Shown piece by piece: positions 31,731-46,229 of a DNA stretch of 64,000 nucleotides. The notes beneath the pieces were generated by a model, which worked only from the letters and a program-made list of their open reading frames with translations, made no database searches and was not told the DNA's origin. A program made the translations under genes and the position numbers. How positions within the stretch are numbered: position 1 is the first letter of the stretch; each line of letters begins with the position of its first letter. This DNA is from a bacterium (GTDB lineage: Bacteria > UBA8248): assembly GCA_965213685.1 (NCBI GenBank), contig CBDBZY010000018.1:160001-224000 (forward strand), given 5' to 3'.

Positions 31731-34700
31731 TTACAAGTCCAGGTACCTAACAATTCCACTAATGTGTGAGAGAGCTGATGGTGACCTTTTGCACTTTGTG
31801 GTCGGTAGTGCCAGGACTTTTTCTTGAATGAAGGTCATCACTTCACTGGCTTTGGGATGGTACTGCACATTAAAAATGTAACGTGCACAGAACAGAAAGA
31901 ACAGTGCGGCAACCAAACTTGAGCTCTCCATCACTAACATCTGCTCGACAGCAATGAAGTACTGTCCAAAAAGATCTTCTTCTTCATCTTGAAAGCAAAT
32001 AATGTGGGGCTGGTTATTTGTTTTATCAGGGACCTCTGAAGGGGTTGTGCCACGCTGTATGGAGGAAAAGTAGCATACAGAAGAGGTTTTGTAGAGCTCT
32101 GCATGTGAAATTCACTGTCATAAAAGTACATGATAAACCAACACACACACACAAGGATGCATAGTGATAGTTCACTTACAGGAACAAATTTGATGATAAA
32201 TGGAATGTCTCCATCAGCCTTTTTGGTCCTACTAGGCAAAAGGAGAATGCCCAAGCAACGAAGTGCAAGCATTGCACATGTGTCTGTAGAGTGAATAATA
32301 TATGCAAAGATATGGAGCAATGAATGCAGAAAATATGCAATATAAACTAAATGACCTGCATCACAATCCTCTGAGAAATTAGTGAGGACAAGCTGAATAG
32401 CAGAAGAATTTGCCTGGGTCTCTCTGCAATATTTCAGAACTGCTCCGGCCCATTTCATGAACTCCTCATCAAAATAGTTTCGCACATCTGACTGATCACA
32501 GACAAACCCAAACTCCTGTGAAGCCTGAAAACAACATAAGCATGTGAACAGGTGAATACATTATGTTAAGAAGACTGTGTTTGTATTCTGCAGCAGATCA
32601 ATCTCCCTTCCAAAGAAACATACATGCTATTTACGTTTACACTGACATAGATTCCTTTCTTCAAAAGGGGATACTCTGAGACAATTTCCTGCACTGTTCG
32701 CTCAGCACTGACATCCAATATCCACTCCCTGCGGTTTGGGTACGTTCGTTCCATTAATTCCTTCAGAACTTCTGTCCTTGGTTTAGTTTTGGCCATTTCA
32801 TCTTTCAGTAACTGTTTGTGTGTAAATACTTAACATCAGTAACAGAGTAAAGAGAAAGTTATGTAGTAATTGGTCATGTCAAGGTAAGCTGGCTCTGTCT
32901 CATGGCAGCAATGTTGGGGAATCATTTTTATGCGCATATATCATACGTCACGAAGTGCAATCTAAAAGTATATAGACGAAGTATGCACAATTGTGTATGC
33001 ATGTATGCCATATAATTACCTGCACATTTCTTTTAACTGACTCTTCATCATCTGCACATTTGGGAACTGATGGATAAGGGTGCATATCCTTGCAGACAAC
33101 CTTCTGTCGTTTTGACTTTGGTGACTCATCCTGTGGTCCTGTCTTCCTATTGACATTATGGCACCGGTTGTACAAGAACCACTTCCAAGAGTGCTGGAAA
33201 AAAGAGAACCATGTTGTCAATTCTAAAAGAATTTTATGCATCTATCACTTGTCATGCACATAGAAGTAATGCATGCAATTCCTATTGAATAACTAATAAG
33301 TTGTAATTAACCTGTCCACTTCCTTCACTGTCATTCAGGAATGCATACTTGGCCACAAGAGACTTTGCCACAATGTTGCAGTCAGAAAGGCCTGGTCATT
33401 GCACATGTGTCATCAGCATTGTAGCTAATGTCTGCACAACATACCGTCGGTCACCATCAGTCAAAACCTTTTCTTTGAAGTTTTCTTCAGTTTTAATGCG
33501 AAATTTAGGAATGGGGAAAGGATCAGGTACAGACTCCTCCTGAAGTTGCAAAGTAGGATGTCATGTACCATGCTGCATGAACTCATACGAGAGGAAATAA
33601 TAAAAATAACCTTTGCTTTTAGAATCCTTCTAGATTGGCAAGAGATAGATGACTTGGGGGTGACAGATGAATTGCGGGATGTTGAGAGAACTTCTGTGTC
33701 TCCCATTTCTGAAGGAACTGTACTGTTCTGTTGGATTTGTGTATATATAGTGGGTAATGAATCAGATGCAGATTAGTTTTATACCTTTAAACAAATACTC
33801 TCACTCTCCATGGAATTGGGGCTCAGGGGACTGCTGAGCTGTAGGTGTGTGGGTGTTACTTCTCTTGGTTTTGGCTGAAACAGTGTGAAGAGTAAAAAAT
33901 GCAGATAACAGAACTTACAAAAGTAAAACCACATGCTCAAAAGGTGTGTACAAGTACCCATCTGTAATCTGTGCATCCTTGCACTGGCAGGCAGAGTCAG
34001 GGAGACATCACCCCTACAGTATCTTTAACACCATCAAACCTATCCCTAACACCATAAAATTTTAGCACCCACTGGAGCCCCAAGTAGATCATAACACCTG
34101 ACAAAAACTTGACCAGTGGGGCTTAGTGATTGGCTGAGTTTTAAAAAAATTCAATCATTATTCTACCATGGCATGTGTGCATAAAAAATATTACATGCAG
34201 ATACTCAGGAAAGTGTGGAATAGAAAATAACTATGAATGAAAGAGATTGAAGCATCTGAAAACCACTTGGCTTGCTTGGTCAGCAAATGGTACATACTGT
34301 GAATCTATTACCACATCTGTTTTCCAATCAAGTAAACTTCCAAGCTATTGAAGGCTCTAGTGGCATCATACATATATATTCACCAATAAAGTGCATAGTC
34401 TCCTGCTGTGAAACCAGTACAACCTTGGACTTGACCCCATCAAACTCTAACACCTACTGCAACCCCCATGGCAGATCATGACACCTGACAACAAGTTTGG
34501 CCTCTATGGCTTAGTGGTTACCAGAGAGAGTTCTCAAGCAATACATTGAAGTCTAGCATACAAACATTACCTGGAACTCTTCATACAAACACTTCAGAGC
34601 ATTGTATACTTTCAGGCGCTGCCCCAGCTTGGGTAGCACATCCTTTAGACAGTCTGGTCCAGGTGAAGTTGTGAAGACCGCTGCTATAGCTTCACCGTCC

Positions 34701-34891
34701 ATCTCTTGTTCTGAACAAAAGAAACAGAGGTAGTTGTCCAAGCACCCGGACAAGTAGGTTGTACCTATACTTTATGCACTAACAATAACCCAAGCCCGCT
34801 CACCTTTGAATGCATCAACGACGCTTTCCGAAAACCCTTTCTCCTCCAGCCAGTTCGTAACGTCCTCCACACTCTTTAATACGTCTTCCAT
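31731..34891 (-). pseudogene. Transposon accessory gene: N-terminal SAM domain plus SAMD3-like C-terminal region (multi-exon)
   Basis: Exons 34891-34804 and 34710-34571 give SVEDVTNWLEEKGFSESVVDAFKEQEMDGEA...LPKLGQRLKV (SAM). Later exons LMERTYPNRREWI...EYPLLK and LFCARYIFNVQYHP...TFIQEKVL. In-frame TGA at 33396-33398. Confidence 0.75.
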
Positions 34892-35148
34892 AGTTAATCA
34901 CACTTGGGCGCCCAGGCGAATCGGTTGACGATCCGTGCTACAGTGATGATCACTGGTCGAGTACGAGGAAGACGGCGTAGAAGGAGCGATCCAAAGCGGC
35001 AGATACACGCAACCCGCCAAATTTAGGAGCGAAAATGGACTTTATAGCGTACTTATGACACGCCGCGCGCTCGCGCCGCGCCACAGGCTAAATAACGTCA
35101 GCGTTTATTAAAACGCCCGAGTCAAGCACAACGCAGAGATTGAGAGCT
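34892..35148. promoter_or_regulatory. Putative bidirectional promoter of the transposon
   Basis: ~257-bp CpG-rich gap between two head-to-head ATGs; contains CGCCGCGCGCTCGCGCCGCGCC and CCCGCCAAA. Confidence 0.55.
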
Positions 35149-38100
35149 ATGGCTAGCATGATCGCGAGTTCTGCTGCTGTGTGCAACCGATGTAGCTTTT
35201 GCTGTACCTCTATGGCGATACTAGTGAAGCACATTTTTCAATCTCATTCTGCTGATCCCCTATTTACGTTTCCCTGCCCTTTTGCAAATTGTCCTTACGT
35301 CTTCAAACCTGGATCGACGTACTTTTCCTTTCAGTCGCATGCGCAAAGAAAGCACCCTAACTGGAATGAAGAGTTGTCGTCTTTGCCTGCTACTACGAGC
35401 CAAGAACCTGAGAGTGCAGCAAGTTCGGTGCAACTGTAGTCCACTGATGAACGTTACCAATTGGATGAGCACGTAGCGAGTACGCAGGAAGAAGTATCAA
35501 CACTACCGCAGATCCAAGTGTCAACAGGTCCGTCTACAGTTAGTCGATCAGCCGCACAGTTCTTGCTAACCCTCAAGGAGAAATATCGCTTGACACAGGC
35601 TGCAGTTGACTTTGGCGTGGGCTCGGTCAACCAAATCGTGTCTCACGTATGCGATGAGCTTCATCGCTCCGTAGGGGAAATACTACAAGAGAGTCATAAT
35701 GTTATTCCTGCAGCACTGGATGAAGCATTTACCCCAATTCAGCCTTTTGAAGGATTGACCACTGAGTATCAGCAGTCCAAGTATTATCGAGAGCACTTTG
35801 GGTTGGTGGTAAGTGTTCATGTCCATTAAAGCACTACAGCGAGTTTAAATGCATCTATTAATATAATTGCTACATCCTGATAGGAGCCTGTGACTGTTGA
35901 GCTGGGATTATCATACAGTTACCAGAGAAAAGGAACAAAAACTCGCCTTGTTGAAAAAAGAGATACATTTCAGTATGTTCCCTTAATTGAGAACTTGCAT
36001 TCTCTCCTGGAAAACAAGGAAATATTTGACGAGATACAACTAAGAACTAGCAGTAGTTATAATGACACGTTTTACTAGTGCTCTACTGCAAAATTAGTCT
36101 ATAGATTTTTCTAACCATAATCTTTTTCCTGTAGGTAATGAAGACACACAGCCGAAGTGATAACAATCTGGAAGATTTCTGTGATGGTGCACTCTTTAAA
36201 TCTCATGAATTGTCCTCATCCAACCCACTAGCATTGCAAATTATTATGTATCATGATGATGTAGAAGTTAGCAATCCAATTGGCTCTTATCGTGGTGTTC
36301 ACAAACTCGGTAAGTCAGCATTTTATTATTGTATTATTGAGACTAAAGAAGGCATCTAGTCAGTTCATGCATTGCATGGCACAATTATTTCACTCTGGTG
36401 CAGTTGCTGGGCAACCATGGAAATCCTACACTTGTATTAGGTTACAAATTATGGTTTGTCAGGTATGCATAATTATTATCATTTTGCGCTCTCTTCTACT
36501 ACATGCTGGGCAACTTACATCCTAAGCTTAGGTCAACACTAAGATCCATACAGATGATTGCAGCTGTCACATCTCCTAACCTCCAACTTTATGGCTATGA
36601 GAAGGTGTTGGAACCTTTCATCAAAGATGCAAACAAGTTGACAGAGGTAAAAGGGAAGTATATGTTCAGTAATATTTATGTTGACCTTTGTTTCAAGGAT
36701 GTACAATATTATCTTATTTACTAGGGAGTACAACTAAATATTAGGGGCCAAGATATGCTTCTGCAAGGATCAGTTTTCGTGACGTTAGCTGATACACTAG
36801 CTGCACATGCCATTGGAGGGTTTAAGAGTGGTGTTGGCTTTGCATTACGAAAATGCAGGGACTGTATGGCAACAGCTGAGACTATGGCTTCAAAGGTACT
36901 ATGCTAGTGATGGCTTATATTGTGACAGTTGCCTCTACCCTTCATGCACTTGTATGTCATGATCTGAACGACACGCTTTCCTAAACCCACTCTACATTCC
37001 CATGTTCTTCACACTTACCTTTCCCTCCCTGTTTCCTTCTACTGATCAGTTTAAAGAGCAGGACTTCACCCTAAGGACTCCAGAAAGCTATGACTATCAT
37101 TGTTCACTTCTCTCTGGGCCTCTAGCTATGGCTGATTCTACGACTTATGGTGTCAATTATCAAAGGCCACTGAATAAACTAAGCTATTTCCATGTCGCAA
37201 ATAACCAGTTACCCCAAGATGTCATGCATGTCATGCTGGAGGGAGTTATTCCATATGAAATGAAACATATGTTGAAAGCATTCATCACAGAGAAACGTTA
37301 TTTCACTCTCGATCTTTTGAATGAAAGGATACACTGCTTTCCTTACACACAAGAAGAGTTTGCCAATAAGCCATCAGCCATCCCTCCTGTAGTATTGTCT
37401 TCAGCTCAAACATCATTTCATCAGTCTGGTAGGTAACTTTGATAAAATAATGGCAGTCACTGCATTAACTAAAATGCATGGCCATCTTAAGAGTCTTTGC
37501 ACATATTTACCTATATACAGCTGCTCAGACGTGGACATTGTCAATCTATTTACCATTAATTATTGGAGACAAAGTTCCACAAGATGAGCCATTGTGGGAA
37601 TGCTTCTTGCTTTTGCTAGACATACTGCAGATTGTCATGGCTCGTGTTGTTTCTCCCGATTTATCTCAATATTTAGCAGCTCTCATAGATGATCATCACA
37701 AAATGTTTCAACGTTGCTATCCTTCAGCTACTATTATACCCAAAATGCATTACATGGTACATCTTCCATCCCAAATTCTCAAGTAAGTGTATTAACTTTT
37801 AGACACAAGCACCATTCTGTTTAACACATGATCATATTTGCAGGCTTGGTCCACTGGTAACATCATGGTGTATGCGAATGGAGGCCAAAAACTCTTATTT
37901 CAAAAGAGTAGCCCAGATCAGCAACTTCAAAAATATTGCATACAGTGTAGCAAAACGCCATCAGCGGCTCATGTGTGCATACTTACAGAGTGATGACTTC
38001 TTCTCCACACGTACAGAATATGGTCCATGTGAGTATAGTAATTTGATAACATGAAGGGTTTCCTTCACCATTTCTTTGTATTTCCTAGCCACAGATCCAT

Positions 38101-38582
38101 CTCCTCTTTCATTAGAGGCACATAAACACCATCTGAAGGAAGGTTTACCAGAAGTAGCTGATACCTGTCCTGTGTACAGGTATGATTGTTTTGTTTGTTG
38201 ACAGTGTTAGGTGCACATGATTCATAGGTATCACTTCATACATATGCACACATGTATTAGACCTAAGTGGGCAAAATCTCAAGGCAAAGTCTATAGGTCA
38301 GCCCAATTTGTGCTGATTGGATGGCAACAGGATGATGACCTACCTCTGTTTGGCAAGATCACTGACTTACTTCGTATACAAGATGTGCCTATCCTGATTG
38401 TTACTCAGCATGAAACATTGGGGATTGATCGCCATTATCACAGCTACCTGCTAAAATTAACACATTTGAAGCGTGTTGTACCAGTCAATGATTTAGATCA
38501 GTCGCATCCTCCTGTCAATGGCCAACTTTTATACTCTGGATTGTATGTGTCTTTGCACTCATTTGTTTTGAACACAACCTAA
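35149..38582 (+). pseudogene. EnSpm-type DDE transposase with N-terminal C2H2 fingers. Exons 35149-35808, 35884-36033, 36135-36309, 36489-36646, 36725-36895, 37050-37428, 37521-37782, 37844-38028, 38089-38179, 38261-38582
   Basis: Motifs YHDDVEVSNPIG, LGNLHPKLRS, LADTLAAHAIGGF...CRDC, QDVMHVMLEG, PKMHYMVH, GPLVTSWCMRMEAKN. Lesions: TAG at 35437, donor GT>AT at 36034, acceptor AG lost at ~36487. Confidence 0.88.
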
Positions 38583-39665
38583 CTTTTGTATTATTGATCA
38601 TTTCAGTGCACCTTCATAAACCATACTTGTGGATAATGATGTAAACTACCGCATTATGAGATGCAAACGCAATGTGCTTAGAAATTGTGCAATTCAGAGT
38701 AACTGTAGTACTCAGCAACATAATACATGTGACCTATGTGCTGAGCTATGCAAATGCAATCAGCTTGGTTTGCAGGGGGTATGCAAACAGGTTACATTCC
38801 AAACATCTGTAGCTGCAGAAATAGAAAGATAGTTTGGGGATAAAGCACAAAGCACCTCGACATGTTTACAAAAGCTGTGTTAAACTATTGTGATAATTTG
38901 CAAGGACAACAATTTCTATTTAATTCTACTTATCACACTTAACTATAGCACATCTGTGCATTGCATTTATAAATGTTTGCAATATTAACAATAATGCATA
39001 CACCTTACAAAAGTAATTGTCAATGAAGCAGTCACATGGTATAGTAACAAAGAGTGTTGACAGTAACACAGCGACTGCCCTTTCAAAAAATGAACTACGT
39101 TAGTATATCACAGGCATTAGCTGTGTTGAGGTGTCCATTGTTGTTGTGATTACAACATCCTTACGATGACACAAACATATGACATATAACAAAACCACAT
39201 TTGCCTTAGCTAATATCTACGTTAATACAACAAACAAAGTTTGAGTTGTTATAATACAAGTTGCGCATTGTCATTCCAACAATTAGAACTATGTCAAAAC
39301 CCAGTGGAGGTTCATGCATACAGCAAATATTTCTTAAATCAACTCAATATCTTTCATTTTAACAGATTGGCACGTTATTTGTACATACACTTGTGATATT
39401 AACATCCAATTCCATGCTTACCAAATACTTTTGTGATAGAAACAATGAATTGGCAATTTACCAACTAATTGTTTTATTGAAGTACCATTTGCTGTTCCAA
39501 GAATTTGTGTGAACAAACGTTTAGTTATTTTTACCTAGTAAGAGCTATGATGAAATATATTTTGCCACTTTGACTATTGTCTCATCACTATTACGAATGG
39601 ATATCATATCAACAGTCTGTTTAGGTGACAAATTTTGTTAAGGTGACTAAGATGTTTTTGCAGTG

Positions 39666-41177
39666 CAGCACTTTAATAAGTGTATCCACTGCCACTCTTT
39701 CACCTTCACTGGTGATCTCTGATTGCAGGGATTGAAGGAAACTGGATGTGATCAGGGCCTGGTTTCGGAGTCTTATCATCTCTTCTGATTGAACGTCACC
39801 TTCTGGAGCATCCATGGTTTCCAGGCTTGTCTCAAATACATTTGTCATCCAGTCAAGTAGAGCCATGGGGTCAACAAATATCACTTCCTTCTGTACTGTG
39901 GGGAAGTAGAACATCAGGTTGACGGCATGAAAAAAGTGCAGGGCTACCTCCATGGCTTCCTCGGATTCGAACATGAGCTGCTGAGCAATGGCCCAACATA
40001 TTTCTCTGCTCACAATTCTGCCTGCTCTCCGCAGTTCCACCTCCAGCAGGTAGTAGCCCAGGGGGTACTTGAGTCGTATGCTCTGCCCACAGCTTTCAAT
40101 CATCTGCAGGAGCTCTTCTGCCATTGGGTCTCTTGGGACTTCTGGACCAGATCCAGCATTGTTAACAGCATGGATGATCTCATTGGGGGAATACTTAATT
40201 AGATATTTCTTGAATCTTTCCAGCATTGTTGCCAGCTTACGATTCTTGTCTTCAAGCGATTCACCTGATGGAAGCATTTTATCCTTGAATGTGCCGATCA
40301 CCATACTTTTTGGGTGCTTTGGCTGCTTCTCAATAAAGGACATTGGTAGCTGCGAATGCTGACACTGTGTCACTTGCATGCACCGCATTACTAGCTCTGC
40401 ATTTGTCAGAGTGAAGTGGCCAAGACTGTAGTTGGCTCCATTTGGTGCAAAATAGTCCACAGCTGGACGATTATCTAGCTTATCAGAAAGCTTGAACAAT
40501 TGTAGTCGAAGAAATGCATTCTTCATCAGAATAGGGATCATCTCCATGAATTGTGGTTGGCCACCGCAGTCCACAAACAGGAGGAAGTGAGTCTTGAGTA
40601 CCTCTCTGGACCCCTTCATCTTTGTCATCTTTTGGGCAATCTCAGCTGTGCGTGGGAGAATCTCAGCTCTGGAAACTGCAGAGGGTGTGGCCTCCATTGG
40701 AAATGGTGCAGACACACTTGCACTTTGACCACTGCTTGCTGCTTTCTTTTCTCTTCCCTTCATTGGTGGCTGCTGAACTCCTGCTTTGGAAGCTGCTTCT
40801 CTTTCCACCTTAGGTGGCTGTTGAGGCTCAGCCTGTGGCTTGTCACCACTAGACTCTGGCTGGCCAGTGTGCTGACTGGTTATTTGTGTTTCTGGCTTCT
40901 CATCTGTGATGGAGACACCAGCTGAAAGGTTCTCGGCTATCATGTCGATCATATCTGAGGGACTTATCAGCCGACACCTCCGACCTTGCCCATTCTTGAT
41001 TTCTATGATGAACCTCTTAGCCTGTTCCATGCAGGCTGTGCTGGTACGAGCAGGTGGTAGGGTCTCGTTGCATAGGAAATGCCCCAGAGATGTCTTCCCC
41101 ACACCAGGAGCACCGCTAACAGCGCATATGGTGTAGTCTGCCAAAACGTGGCCCTTTTGTAGTTGTCGCAGCAACTC
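39666..41177 (-). CDS. Roc GTPase domain and start of COR (5' part of the split exon)
   Basis: G1 GAPGVGKT (41091-41114), G2 RTSTAC, G3 FVDCGGQPQF, G4 IGTFKD, COR-like ALHFFHAVNLMFYFP...IFVDP; CAG acceptor ends at 41178. Confidence 0.85.
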
Positions 41178-41260
41178 CTGAGTGAATATGCCTGTTCACG
41201 TAAAAGCAAGTAGCAATAGTAACAGTAAGGGCAATCAAAAGCCAGTATGACTGCTATATA

Positions 41261-41776
41261 CAGTAGGCGTCATTAAACAGTTTCCGTACCGTTTGCGTTT
41301 CGTTTTCGTTGAACGGTAAACGGACGCAAAACGGACGGAGAACAAACGCTAACCGCACGGAGAACGGACGCCAAACGGACGGTGAACGGACGGAAAACGC
41401 AAACTAATAAACGGAAACTAGACAGTCCATGAAATTTTGAACACCGAAGAGCAACGCGTGCGCGCGCGCGAAACCGCTGAACCCACGAACGACTGTCGAC
41501 CGTCGGAGTGACAGAAGAGCATCGCTCGTTAGTGTAATAGTCGAAAAACCGTTGACAGCACCTGGCAGAGTACGTACCTTGCACCCGCACTCGTAGAGTA
41601 CCGGAATTACGATAACCTATTAGACAAACGGTAAACGGGCAGTACATTGAACGGAAACCCCACGCAAACCCTACGCAAACCCAACGCAAGCCGCACGGTT
41701 GCCCAACGCAAACCCCACGCAAATAGAACGCAAACGGAACGCAAACGGTACGGAAACTTTTTTATGACGCCTACTG
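41261..41776. mobile_element. 516-bp MITE, Tc1/mariner/pogo-type (TA TSD)
   Basis: TA|CAGTAGGCGTCAT...TTTCCGTACCGTTTGCGTT and its inverse ending ATGACGCCTACTG|TA; ~50-bp TIR; internal AACGGA/ACGCAA repeats. Confidence 0.88.
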
Positions 41777-42148
41777 TAAGTATATAAGTAGATGCGGCAC
41801 TGCCTGCACTTTACATTCGCACTATAATCTCTTTTTGTGGGGTTATTAAATGTCCTAGTATTGTGTTTACAGCGCAGTAGTGTGATTGTCCGCCGTTCCT
41901 GCATAGCGCTTCGCACGGTCGTATAACAGCGTTCGGACTCGCGGCCTTCCGCAGGCTGGGCGTGGCTTACTTTGGCCTCTGCCTTTGCAGCTGCGTCTTT
42001 GGAAACGCTTACGATAAATTTGAGAGCTTCACGTCTCACGACGTGTGCATCACGATATCAGCCCAGCGATATATATATATATATTATACATGTACATGTA
42101 CATAGCGGAATGAGGTTGCACGTGACACACTTGAGCCTCATTTCCGCT

Positions 42149-42452
42149 CATGCAGGCACTAATTCCGGGTATTGACCACACCCGTGAGGGCCAAGGTTCA
42201 CAATTAAGACCACCTTGTAGCTGGAGAAACAGCTGTTCACATGAAGATCGGGTGAGGGTGCCAAGCAACGTGAAGACGGACGATCACGCGCTCGAGCTCA
42301 TGCGCATGCAGGCACTAATTCCGGGTATTGCATATTGACCACACCCGTGAGGGTCAAGGTTCACAATTAAGACCATCCTGTAGCTGGAGAAACAGCTGTT
42401 CACATGAAGATCGGGTGAGGGTGCCAAGCAACGTGAAGACGGACGATCACGC
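42149..42452. repeat. Recent tandem duplication, two ~140-150-bp units (42149-42289, 42305-42452)
   Basis: CATGCAGGCACTAATTCCGGGTATTG...GAAGACGGACGATCACGC occurs twice with few differences. Confidence 0.92.
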
Positions 42453-42734
42453 ACTTCATGAGCGGCCAGAATGATTACTGACGCTGAACTCAGAACGACT
42501 AAGGGTACGACAACGGACTACCTTTATCCGAAACCCTCACAGAGCATGATTGCGTGGGAACTTATTAATAGCACCGCTAGACTCCAAGTTGTGAACAAGC
42601 CTTCATTTGGCTCTATGTGTATGTGGCAGTTAAAGAGTTCCTGTAAGCTATCTGTGTGTGTTTGAATGTTGTGATACTCTGATACGTGTATATGTACATG
42701 TACATGCATATGCTTCGCTGTGCAATTTTCAACC

Positions 42735-42805
<71 letters not shown>

Positions 42806-43020
42806 GTAATGAGATAAGCCGAGTGGATGAACTGGCTCAACTCATAAGCCTTACAGACTGAGACAAGACAAAGGTACAGATAACCATAACCACACCCACT
42901 GCGTGTAGTCAAGATGGATTGAGGGCCATCTGCAGTGATAGAGCTTCCTTCCTTTCATTGCTGAGTTTGTTTCTCCCTCCCTTGCTCCCTTCTCCCTCTC
43001 CTCCCCCTCTACTCCCTCAG

Positions 43021-44820
<1,800 letters not shown>

Positions 44821-45943
44821 CTGCTTTTAAATTCATTGTGAATGTATGCTGTTATGTACATGTACATGTAATTAATTTTCTCCTGCCACTTCCTGCGCAA
44901 CATACCGCGTATAAAGGGCTCACAGTGGCGTTTAACTCCATGAGTACTGATATACATGTACATGTGCCATAGATATCCCATGGATGGGACTTTGAACTCG
45001 TGTGAATAGCAGATCCTTTGGTACGTTTGTTGATACGTAGTTCCACGGACGAAGAGGGAAAGGTCGACATAAAAACGATGGCCGTTTCGAAAAAGATCAA
45101 CGTGTGAAGACGTGCGTTTCCAAGACGTTAGAGACTTACATGTACGCGTACCGCGTACTGGCGCGGGTGAGCTGCATAAGATCTTCCAGCTTGCTGGACA
45201 CAAAGGCAGAAGCAGCATTTCAGGAAGCGAGCAGTGAGTGTCTGCTCTCCGTCTCACGCTGTTGACAGTCTCTCTCACTGACGGACGTTAGACATTAGAC
45301 AGTGTTGGTGTCAGTCTTATACATGTCTACTCACTTGCTCTGCATACGCACATTATGCATACATATTGCTGTACATGTACATGTTACGTTGTCTCTACTA
45401 CTGCTACATGTGCCTTCTTTCATTTTCTTGTTATACCTCATTCCTCTACCTCAAACTTTGTCTATTCTATTCCTATTCCTATCACATATTGAGAGCCGCT
45501 AGTTATATGCACGTCTTGCGTATGCATGCACATTTCTATTCACTCTCCCTCCCTCCCTCCCTCCTCACTATCTCTGTCCTTCTCATTGACAAGGACATTT
45601 TGATATTTTAGTATTACTGCTAGTCAAAAGAATGTTCCAACATACACATATACATGTAAATCCTGTTGGAGAACAATGCTCTCTTGTCAGACTGTACTAA
45701 CTGTTGTTAACTGTGATGTCATCTGTGTGTCTCTTTATAGCATGTATAGTGATGTAATGGTGTAGGCCTATTTAGAACTTTGTGTTGGCTGTGTAGTTCC
45801 AGCCACATGTTCATAAGAGTCAGTGCAATCACTTATTGTCAAAGCCGAGTCAGTCGCAAGTGCTTCTCTTTGCAACATACCCATCCCTTAATTACACCAT
45901 TCACATTTCACTTGGTATATTCCTTCCCCACAACCACATGCGT

Positions 45944-46070
<127 letters not shown>

Positions 46071-46229
46071 CTCACATACAAGATACAACCCCCTGTGACA
46101 CCTTACCTTTTACCTTCCCCTTCAGCTGATACCAATTCTTCCTCCTCCTTCCCCCACTTCCCCCCTTTGTTCCTCATCCTTACCTTTCTCCCTCTCCTGC
46201 TTACCCACCAAGATAAGATACTATTCCAA

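Larger units (their letters stand above)
30911..39665. mobile_element. EnSpm/CACTA (CMC superfamily) DNA transposon, 8755 bp
   Basis: CA|CACTGTAAAAA ... TTTTTGCAGTG|CA (CACTG termini, 2-bp TSD), AT-rich subterminal regions with repeated TTGTCA, two divergent genes inside. Confidence 0.92.

Noticed and set aside
41671-42039. ORF as first coding exon of the ROCO gene
   Set aside because: It runs into a MITE, has no recognisable motif, and I found no phase-0 donor to join 41177.
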